From Nitratidesulfovibrio vulgaris str. Hildenborough (lineage in GTDB: Bacteria; Desulfobacterota; Desulfovibrionia; Desulfovibrionales; Desulfovibrionaceae), in the NCBI RefSeq assembly GCF_000195755.1, contig NC_002937.3, forward strand, positions 2,340,001-2,372,000: a stretch of DNA of 32,000 nt. The letters run 5' to 3'. The position numbers and the translations under genes were made by a program. Of the stretch, positions 19,424 to 26,261 are shown one piece after another. The notes beneath the pieces were generated by a model. That model saw only the letters and a list, made by a program, of their open reading frames with translations, searched no databases and was not told where the DNA came from. Within the stretch, counting starts at the first letter, position 1, and each line of letters opens with the position of its first letter.

Positions 19424-19647
19424 ATCCTATCTCCTTCTTGTGTTTCCCATGCCAGTCGTCCGGCATGGTGTTGTCTGACGGTTCGTCCGTTCGGATCGTC
19501 CGCGGTGAGGGGCACCCCTGCCTCACCCGTGAGCGTCGTTCGCAAGACGAATCCATGAGCAGCACGGTGCTGCCTTTCGGGTGACTTCTCCGGTGGTCTG
19601 TCGGCGCAATCGGGGGAACACGGCAAAAGTCCCTCCTCGCACCACCC

Positions 19648-19684
19648 GGAAAACGCAAAAGCCCCCTGTCGAGGCGACAGGGGG
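19648..19684 (-). terminator. Rho-independent terminator ending the GRE-activase-selenoprotein unit
   Basis: The minus strand reads CCCCCTGTCG-CCT-CGACAGGGGG followed by CTTTTGCGTTTTCC. It lies 40 nt after the TAG at 19725. Confidence 0.75.
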
Positions 19685-19724
19685 CGGCAATGGCGGTGAA
19701 CGCGGCACTCGCCGTGGGGCTTTG

Positions 19725-20018
19725 CTAGCCTTCCACGGGGCTGAGCACAACCTCTCTGTTCTCGCCGAACGTGAGGCTGTAGGCCGTACCGTATTTCACC
19801 AGAAAATCCTTGTTGGCGGAGAACGGTACGCCGTTCACTTCAATCTGCTCGTCCTCATCCTCGTCAAGTTCGTCCATGCCCAGACCGAGCACGATCTTGG
19901 CATGTCAGCCGCCGCCGACCTTGTACTCGCGCAGTCGCACGCAGGTTCCTTCATCTTCGTCCTCGAGCATGGCGCGCAGCCTGTCGAGCATCTCTTCCGT
20001 TACGGTGACAGTGAACAT
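19725..20018 (-). CDS. HesB/IscA-like selenoprotein candidate (97 aa; UGA-Sec at codon 38)
   Basis: ATG 20016-20018 has GGAGAA upstream and lies 20 nt after the activase stop. The frame reads MFTVTVTEEMLDRLRAMLEDEDEGTCVRLREYKVGGG, then TGA (19905-19907), then HAKIVLGLGMDELDEDEDEQIEVNGVPFSANKDFLVKYGTAYSLTFGENREVVLSPVEG, then TAG. The post-TGA part is collinear with the paralogue at 19130-19423, and the TGA aligns with that paralogue's Cys38. Confidence 0.7.
19875..19904 (-). promoter_or_regulatory. Candidate bacterial SECIS stem-loop immediately 3' of the UGA
   Basis: The mRNA reads UGA-CAUGCC-A-AGAUCG-UGCU-CGGUCU-G-GGCAUG. This is 6 bp, a 1x1 A/G mismatch, then 6 bp (one G-U pair), capped by a G-containing tetraloop that starts 14 nt after the UGA. 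Confidence 0.55.
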
Positions 20019-20038
20019 AGCTTCTCCGTTCCTAGTCG

Positions 20039-20932
20039 TTACACCATGACGGGCACGAGCCCGTGTTTCGCAAACCTGTCCAGAACAGCCGAAAGCTGCT
20101 CGGGAGTGTACTGGGGCATGTCGGGCGCGGGCAGGCCCAGCGCCACGTATTTGTTCCATCCGAAGGCATGGCACGGCATGACCTCCACCTTGTCGCGCCC
20201 GAATTCGCCAAGCAGGGCGGCGAGGGCGGAGAGGTTGGCGTCATCGTCGTTCATGCCGGGAATGAGCGGCATCCTCACATGCACTTCCTTGCCTGACGCC
20301 AGCGCGGCGCGCAGGTTGCGCAGAATCAGCGTATTGTCCTGCCCGGTCAGGCGGCGGTGCGCCTCCGGGTCGGTGTGCTTGCAATCGAAGAGGAAGAGGT
20401 CGGCAAGGGCGAGGGTACGGTCGAAGCGCTCTTCGGGACAGAAACCGCAGGTGTCGACCGTGACATGGATGCCCTCTTCATGCGCCGCCTTGACGAGGTC
20501 GAGAAAGAACTCGCCGCCGGAGGTGGGCTCACCACCGCCGAAGGTCACGCCACCGCCGGAATTCTCGTAGAAGAGCATGTCCTTGAGAACGACATCCATG
20601 ACCTCTTCGACGGTCATGAGGCGACCCGACATCTCACGCGCCTTGCTTGGGCACGAGGCCGTACACAGGCCGCAGTGGGTGCATTTCGCGATGGAACGGA
20701 TGACCTTGCCATCGACGATGCGCGCCGCCCCTTCGGGACAGACCTCCACGCACTTGCCGCAGCCGGTGCAGAGGTTCTCGAAGAACAGCATCTGGGGAAC
20801 GGCACTCTGCGACTCGGGATTGCTGCACCACAGACACCGCAGCGGGCAGCCCTTGAGGAAGACGGTGGTGCGCAGGCCGGGGCCGTCATGCACCGACATA
20901 CGCTGGATATTGTAGATCATTCCCTGTCGCAT
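20039..20932 (-). CDS. Glycyl radical enzyme activating enzyme (radical SAM with two extra ferredoxin-type clusters)
   Basis: 297 aa with GGAG upstream. The radical SAM motif is CPLRCLWCSNPE. Auxiliary cluster motifs are CTGCGKCVEVCP and CTHCGLCTASCP. The SAM-binding GGGVTFGGGEP is present. Confidence 0.93.
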   Translation of the reverse strand: MRQGMIYNIQRMSVHDGPGLRTTVFLKGCPLRCLWCSNPESQSAVPQMLFFENLCTGCGKCVEVCPEGAARIVDGKVIRSIAKCTHCGLCTASCPSKAREMSGRLMTVEEVMDVVLKDMLFYENSGGGVTFGGGEPTSGGEFFLDLVKAAHEEGIHVTVDTCGFCPEERFDRTLALADLFLFDCKHTDPEAHRRLTGQDNTLILRNLRAALASGKEVHVRMPLIPGMNDDDANLSALAALLGEFGRDKVEVMPCHAFGWNKYVALGLPAPDMPQYTPEQLSAVLDRFAKHGLVPVMV

Positions 20933-20990
20933 CGAAGGCTCCGCAATGTTGCCGCTGTGCCGTGCAATACAGGCGCAGGTCGGGCGGTGG

Positions 20991-21029
20991 ATGAAAAGAA
21001 GAAGGCGGGAGCCGGGTTCGGCCCCCGCC
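20991..21029 (-). terminator. Intercistronic hairpin plus T-tract between the GRE and activase genes (probable partial terminator)
   Basis: The minus strand reads GGCGGGGGCCG-AACC-CGGCTCCCGCC, an 11-bp stem with one G-U pair, followed by TTCTTCTTTTCAT. Confidence 0.55.
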
Positions 21030-21043
21030 AGTCGATCATGCCA

Positions 21044-23497
21044 TTAGTTCTTGTATTCTGTGCGCTTGATGATCTCGTTCTGCACACCCTTGTCGAGGCG
21101 GGTGAAGTAGGCGCTGAAGCCTGCCACGCGCACGACGAGGTCGGCGTATTCCTGCGGCTTGCACTGCGCGTCCTTCAGGGTATCGGAGCTCACGCAGTTG
21201 AACTGGATGTGCGAACCGCCGAAGTCGCAGTAGGTCTTGATCAGCGACACGAGGGTACGGGCACCGGCAGGCCCTTCGATCACCGAGGGGTTGAACTTCA
21301 CGTTGAAGTGGTTGGCCCCGTAGCGCACGGTGTCGATGGCTTCGGCACCGGACTTGATGAGGGCGGTGATGCCTTCATGGTCGGTACCGGGCATGGCGGA
21401 GACGCTACCGTCGGTGAGTGCCACGCCAGCCTTGCGGCCGTTGGGCAGTGCGCCCATGAGCGAACCGAAGTAGTTGTGGTACGACAGCGAGTAGGCGTCC
21501 AGCGGGGTGCGGTAGCCGAAGCAGTCCGGGCCCTGCGCACTGTGGATGGCGTCCACGTCGCGGTAGAAGCGCTGCACGAAGTGCTCCACTTCGGGGTAGT
21601 CGTTACCGTGCTTGGGCGCCTCGAAGCACATCTTGCGGATGTCTTCGTAGCCTTCGAAGTTGGCCTTCAGGGCTTCAAGCAGCTTCTCCATGGTCACCTG
21701 CTTCGTTTCGAAGACAAGGTACCTGATGGCCAGCAGCGAGTTGGCGGCGTCGATGCCTGCGGTCATGATGGGGTTGACCTGCGGGTAGCGCGTACCACCG
21801 GCCTCTTCGCACATGCCCTTGTCGATGCAGCCGTCGTACATGGCCGAACGGAAGACGCTGGGCACAACCTGAAGCCGGGCCATCTGGCTGAGGTCGGAGT
21901 GCTTGCGCGAGATGTTGAAGAGATGGTCGAGTTGCTTCTTGGTGGCTTCGTACACTTCCTCGAAGGTGGTGAAGGTGGTCGGGTCGCCGGACTCGACGCC
22001 CACCTGCTTCTTGGTCACAGGGCACTTGCCGTTGTTGAGCATGAGCTCGACGACCTTGGCGAGGCAGGGCTGGTCTTCCTGCGTGATGAAGCTGCCCTTG
22101 CCGCAGATGCCGGTGGACACGCACCCGTAGTTGCCGCAGTTGCGGGCGTCTTCGAGGGTGATGCCGCCTTCGTACTGCGCGAAACGGGCGAGGTTGCGCT
22201 GGATGACCACGTTGTTGTTGAGGATCTGGGGCTGGCCGGAGCCGCCGCGGATGCACTCCACAACCTTCTTCATGTACGAGTCCTTCAGCTTCGGATGGTA
22301 GAGCAGGGTCAGCGTGGGCTGGATGTTCTTCATCTGAATCTGGGTGTCGAGCAGCACCTCTTCGAGTTCGGTGCTTGCGTCGTCACCGTTGGCGTCGACA
22401 CCGCCGATGGTGATGGACTGACCGGTGTGACCGGACAGGGTCATGGCGTAGGAGGCCCCCTGGTACTCGCCCAGTTCGAGGTGCTTGATCCACTGGAACT
22501 TCAGCAGGGTGAGCACCTGTTCGCGGGTGAGGTTCCCCTCTTCGATGTCCTTCTTGTAGAAGGGGTACATGTACTGGCCGTAACGACCGGGCGAGGTGGC
22601 GCAGGCCATCTGCTCGGTCTCGATGGCGAGGTGGATGAACCAGAAGGACTGGATGGCTTCGCGGAAGTTGCGGGCCGGGTATTCAGGCACGCGGCGGCAT
22701 ATCTCGGCGATCTCGAGCAGTTCTGCCTTGGCCTTGGGATCGCTCTCTTCGGCGGCGGTCTTCTCGGCGAGTTCGGCGTAGCGATGCGAATGGGCGATGA
22801 CAGCCTCGAACGTCACCAGCATGGCGCGGTAGAGGTCATGCTTCTCCTTGTTCGCAAGGGTGGTGGGGCAGGCTTCGAAACGTGCGCGCACGTCGTCGGC
22901 GAGCCAGCGCAGGCCCTTGTTGAGCACCAGCGGATAGTCGGCGATGCCCGAGCCGCTGGCGACGCTGACGTTCTCGTAGTACATGCCCGCCTTGGCGAAG
23001 GGCGCGGGGTTGATGCCGTACTTCTCCTTGAACATCTTGTTGTTCAGGTCGATGCAGGTGCGGCCCTTCCACAGCTTGTAGGTCTTCTCGAGAAGCTCTT
23101 GCGTCTCCTGCGGGATCTTCATCTCGCCAAGAGAGGCCATCTTGGCCATCTGCATCTCTTCCTTGATCCACGAGACGTTCCATTCGGGGTAGGCGTACAC
23201 GCCAGCGCGCACACCGGTGAGGGTGCCCACGATGGGGTTGCCGTCGAGGAATATCTTCTTGCGGAGGAGCACCCGCTCAAGCAGCTTGGCGCGGATGTAG
23301 ACGACGGGCTCGCCCTGGAATTCGTCGTAGACGTCGAGAAGGCACTGCAGACGTTCGGGGTCCATCACCTGCGGCGCGGCAAGAAGAAAGTCCTTGAGTT
23401 CCTTGACGCGCGATTCGGCGGTATCCCAGTTGATGCCGTAGCCCTTGTTTGCAGGGGTCTGGCCTTCGGTGTTCGATGCGGAAGAAAGAGCAGCCAT
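21044..23497 (-). CDS. Glycyl radical enzyme, PFL2/glycerol-dehydratase-like architecture, substrate unknown
   Basis: I prefer ATG 23495-23497 because AGGAG lies 7 nt upstream; the track ORF begins at a GTG 12 codons earlier. 817 aa. The C-terminal glycyl radical motif is LVVRVAGFSAYFTRL (Gly codon 21119-21121). The Cys loop is NYGCVSTGICGKG (Cys codon 22121-22123). Confidence 0.93.
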   Translation of the reverse strand: MAALSSASNTEGQTPANKGYGINWDTAESRVKELKDFLLAAPQVMDPERLQCLLDVYDEFQGEPVVYIRAKLLERVLLRKKIFLDGNPIVGTLTGVRAGVYAYPEWNVSWIKEEMQMAKMASLGEMKIPQETQELLEKTYKLWKGRTCIDLNNKMFKEKYGINPAPFAKAGMYYENVSVASGSGIADYPLVLNKGLRWLADDVRARFEACPTTLANKEKHDLYRAMLVTFEAVIAHSHRYAELAEKTAAEESDPKAKAELLEIAEICRRVPEYPARNFREAIQSFWFIHLAIETEQMACATSPGRYGQYMYPFYKKDIEEGNLTREQVLTLLKFQWIKHLELGEYQGASYAMTLSGHTGQSITIGGVDANGDDASTELEEVLLDTQIQMKNIQPTLTLLYHPKLKDSYMKKVVECIRGGSGQPQILNNNVVIQRNLARFAQYEGGITLEDARNCGNYGCVSTGICGKGSFITQEDQPCLAKVVELMLNNGKCPVTKKQVGVESGDPTTFTTFEEVYEATKKQLDHLFNISRKHSDLSQMARLQVVPSVFRSAMYDGCIDKGMCEEAGGTRYPQVNPIMTAGIDAANSLLAIRYLVFETKQVTMEKLLEALKANFEGYEDIRKMCFEAPKHGNDYPEVEHFVQRFYRDVDAIHSAQGPDCFGYRTPLDAYSLSYHNYFGSLMGALPNGRKAGVALTDGSVSAMPGTDHEGITALIKSGAEAIDTVRYGANHFNVKFNPSVIEGPAGARTLVSLIKTYCDFGGSHIQFNCVSSDTLKDAQCKPQEYADLVVRVAGFSAYFTRLDKGVQNEIIKRTEYKN

Positions 23498-23711
23498 TTC
23501 AATCTCCTGTGTTGTGAACGTCGTTGTTGCCACTACGTTTCATTTCGTCGGGTCACGTTGCGCCATGTGCCGCCCCGTGCATGAGGGCTTCGGCATCCGG
23601 CATCATGTCCATGCCTCCCGGCATGGAGTCCGGTCAGCATCGCGGGATGGGTAGCGGCGTCACGCCTTTCATCGTGTGCGTCCGTGCCCGCCCTCTCTGC
23701 TTGCCCTTTTC

Positions 23712-23727
23712 TGCACAAGCCATGCCA
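23712..23727 (-). promoter_or_regulatory. Sigma-54 (-24/-12) promoter of the GRE operon
   Basis: The minus strand reads TGGCAT-GGCTT-GTGCA, with correct GG-N10-GC spacing against the consensus TGGCAC-N5-TTGCW. It lies about 215 nt upstream of the GRE ATG. Confidence 0.65.
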
Positions 23728-23906
23728 CGGCCCTTTCACAGCCGCCCGACGTTGCCAACACTACGGAATGCCCTTCCCTTCTCGCCTTTTTTCACAATCT
23801 CCGCCGACCATTTTTTATCGATTGAGAAAAAAACTTTCTTTTCACAAAGAAATCTTCTAGGTTCCCTTCCCGACCACACCATGAGCCTTCCGTGCGAGGA
23901 CCCCCC

Positions 23907-25445
23907 ATGATGCCCCTAGACAGCAGCACTTTCGCCGACGTAAGCCGCGCAGCCGTTCTCACGCCGGCCATGCAGACCATATGGGAAAGTATGGGGGTGG
24001 GGGTCGCCGTGGTGGACGGAGAGGGCATATGCCGCTTCATGAACACCATCCAGCGGCGTGTGGACGGTTTCAGCCGCATTTCCGTGGTCGGGCGGCACAT
24101 CACGAGTCTCTATGTACCGCACGAACTCGAATGCATCCCCACCATCGAGTGTCTCCGCAAGGGCGAACCCATCCTGAAGAAGGCGTACTGGTACAAGACC
24201 ACCAACAACTACCTTGCCAGCACAGTCACGGACTTCATCCCCCTCTATGACGCGGGACGTAAGGACGGGGTCATAGCCTTCACCATCTGGACGGGAACGA
24301 CAGCCTTCGCCGAAGGGCGCAAACGCCAGCCCCGCCCGCCGCAGCCCAAAGGGGCGGCCTATGACTTCTATACGTTCGACAGCATCGTGGGACAGGACGC
24401 CAACCTGCGCGAGGTCATCGCCGAAGCGCGTACGGCAGCCGCAACCTCTTCGCCGGTGATGATCTGGGGGGAAAGCGGCACGGGCAAGGAGGTGTTCGCG
24501 CAAGCGATCCACTCCGAGAGCGACCGCAGACAGCGACCGTTCATCCCCGTGAACTGCGCCGCCATTCCCGAGAACCTGCTCGAAGGCATCCTCTTCGGCA
24601 CGGTCAAGGGCGCGTACACGGACGCCGCCGACAAGCCCGGGCTCTTCGAAGAGGCCGATGGCGGCACCCTGCTCTTCGACGAGCTGAACTCCATGCCGCT
24701 GGGTTTGCAGGCCAAGCTGCTGCGCGTATTGCAGGAGAAACGCGTGCGCCGCCTCGGTTCGCATACGGAAGTCCCGGTAGACGTGCGCATCATGAGCATC
24801 CTCAACGAAGAACCGTTGCAGGCCGTGGAACATGGCGTCCTGCGGCGCGACCTCTTCTACCGTCTCGCCGTGGTGGGCATCTCCGTGCCGCCCCTGCGCG
24901 AACGCAGGAACGACATCCCGCTTCTCGCCCGCATGTTCATCGACCGTTCAGAATTGGCGACGCGCCCCGGTGGGCCGGGGACAGTCGGCGTCAACGACGA
25001 TGTACTGCACATGTTCATGCACTACGACTGGCCGGGCAACATCCGCGAACTCCTGCATGTCGTGGAGGGCAGCCTCGCGCTTCTGGGTGATGGCCCGGAG
25101 ATATGCCCCGCATGTCTGCCGCGGCACTTCCGGGAGGCATGCCATGCGACGGGGAGCACTCCCGCAACGGTTTCGGACATCGTGACGCAGGCCCCCACCC
25201 TCCCCGCCCCCGCGGCCGCTGCCGGCGAGACCGGCGATGCGGGCCTCTACTACGACTACCGGAACATCCGCAAAAGCCACGTCGTCCCGCTCAAGGGATG
25301 CCTGCAGAAATACGAGACCCAGTGCATCTCCAACGTGTTGCGGGTCACGGGGGGGAATGTGGCGAAGGCCGCCCGCATCATGCAGGTCACTGGGGCGGGA
25401 CTGCGTTACAAGATGAAGGCCCTCGACATCTCGGACGAGGATTGA
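23907..25445 (+). CDS. Sigma-54-dependent enhancer-binding protein (PAS sensor, AAA+, Fis-type HTH; no receiver domain)
   Basis: ATG 23907 has GAGGA 6 nt upstream. The N-terminal PAS-like module is MGVGVAVVDGEGICRFMN... The AAA+ module has Walker A GESGTGKE and a GAFTGA-position loop reading GAYTDA, plus GGTLLFDEL, KLLRVLQEKRVRRLG and WPGNIRELLHVVE. The C-terminal HTH is ISNVLRVTGGNVAKAARIMQVTGAGLRYKM. Confidence 0.92.
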   Translation: MMPLDSSTFADVSRAAVLTPAMQTIWESMGVGVAVVDGEGICRFMNTIQRRVDGFSRISVVGRHITSLYVPHELECIPTIECLRKGEPILKKAYWYKTTNNYLASTVTDFIPLYDAGRKDGVIAFTIWTGTTAFAEGRKRQPRPPQPKGAAYDFYTFDSIVGQDANLREVIAEARTAAATSSPVMIWGESGTGKEVFAQAIHSESDRRQRPFIPVNCAAIPENLLEGILFGTVKGAYTDAADKPGLFEEADGGTLLFDELNSMPLGLQAKLLRVLQEKRVRRLGSHTEVPVDVRIMSILNEEPLQAVEHGVLRRDLFYRLAVVGISVPPLRERRNDIPLLARMFIDRSELATRPGGPGTVGVNDDVLHMFMHYDWPGNIRELLHVVEGSLALLGDGPEICPACLPRHFREACHATGSTPATVSDIVTQAPTLPAPAAAAGETGDAGLYYDYRNIRKSHVVPLKGCLQKYETQCISNVLRVTGGNVAKAARIMQVTGAGLRYKMKALDISDED

Positions 25446-25459
25446 GCCGCGAAACGGCA

Positions 25460-25489
25460 ACGCCCCGCACGTGCAACACGGCGGGGCGT
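25460..25489. terminator. Hairpin between the convergent EBP and TauE-like genes
   Basis: ACGCCCCGC-A-CGTG-caa-CACG-GCGGGGCGT. No strong T-tract follows on either side. Confidence 0.45.
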
Positions 25490-25526
25490 ACGATGCGCAT
25501 CGGCAGGGCTGGTTGATGCTGGAGCG

Positions 25527-26261
25527 TCACGCCACAGCGCGCCACAGGCACACAAGCCCGGCCAGCACGATGACCCCCATGAGCATGCGCCGGAACGTCC
25601 CCACGTTGATGAGGCGTACCACCGGAAAGGCACAGACCGTACCGATGATGGTGGCCGGGATGCCGTACATGGCGTAGTCGATGACGGCCTCGGTGTAGAG
25701 TCCTGCCCCGGCCTGCAACAGGCAGGTCATGGTACCGCGAATGACGAAGAAGACGCCCAGCGTCCCCAGGAACACCCGTGGCGACCAGCCCGCATACAGT
25801 CCATAGGCCCCGACGGGAGGCCCGTCGAAGGAGATGGCCGTCCCAAGCAGTCCGGCACCGAAACCGGCAGCGCCGCCGAAGCCCCACGACTCGCGGCCCG
25901 GGCCTCTGACGCGGAAGGTACGTTGCCAGTAGACGTAGTAGAGAAGCAACACCCCCACGGCCCCCTGCAGTACCGTGCCGGGCAGGACGGTGAGGATGTA
26001 CAGCCCCGCGAGGGCACCGGGAATGGAGCCCGCCAGCATGGGCCACATGGCGGAGACACGGCAGTGCCGGTAGTGCATCAGCGCGATGCAGCCGTCCATG
26101 ACCACGTTCATGATGCAACTCAGGGGCACGAGTTCGTGCATGGGAATGACCGTCGCCGCCACGGGCACAGCCACCATGGCCCCGCCGATGCCACTCACGC
26201 CAGAGACGAAACCACCTACCAGCCAGGCGAAGAATACGAGCAACGACGTGGTATCAGGCAT
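25527..26261 (-). CDS. TauE/SafE (TSUP) family anion exporter-like membrane protein
   Basis: The start MPDTTSLLVFFAWLVGGFVSGVSGIGGAMVAVP lies at 26259-26261. About 8 hydrophobic segments carry the Gly-rich G-x-GG-x-x-x-x-P signature in both halves. The ATG overlaps the upstream gene's end by 8 nt. Confidence 0.85.
   Translation of the reverse strand: MPDTTSLLVFFAWLVGGFVSGVSGIGGAMVAVPVAATVIPMHELVPLSCIMNVVMDGCIALMHYRHCRVSAMWPMLAGSIPGALAGLYILTVLPGTVLQGAVGVLLLYYVYWQRTFRVRGPGRESWGFGGAAGFGAGLLGTAISFDGPPVGAYGLYAGWSPRVFLGTLGVFFVIRGTMTCLLQAGAGLYTEAVIDYAMYGIPATIIGTVCAFPVVRLINVGTFRRMLMGVIVLAGLVCLWRAVA

Noticed and set aside
19439-19454. TGGCATGG-GAA-ACACA on the minus strand upstream of the Cys-type HesB-like gene. 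Its -24 half resembles the GRE sigma-54 promoter.
   Set aside because: The -12 position lacks the invariant GC. The element sits so close to the RBS that transcription would start within or after it.
18978-19478. 166-aa plus-strand ORF.
   Set aside because: It is antisense to the well-supported Cys-type HesB-like gene and has a Ser/Arg-rich shadow-frame composition.
19557-19573. Palindrome GCAGCAC-G-GTGCTGC, read on the minus strand as a possible sigma-54 element (GGCAGC-N-TGCTGC).
   Set aside because: The GG-to-GC spacing is off by one relative to the -24/-12 consensus, and no gene start lies at a suitable distance.
20357-23584. Very long plus-strand ORF (1075 aa) covering the GRE and activase region.
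   Set aside because: It lies antisense to two genes with unmistakable family motifs. Its translation is a Gly/Ala/Val/His/Asp/Leu-rich shadow-frame product typical of high-GC genomes, with no RBS and no recognisable domain.
19447-23626. Recurrence of CCATGCC...GGCATGG-type stems at 19447-19468, at 19875-19904 (the SECIS candidate) and at 23609-23626.
   Set aside because: The stems are only 6-7 bp, are built on the self-complementary CATG core, and occur in GC-rich DNA. Three occurrences in 4 kb could be chance, so I keep only the post-UGA hairpin as meaningful.
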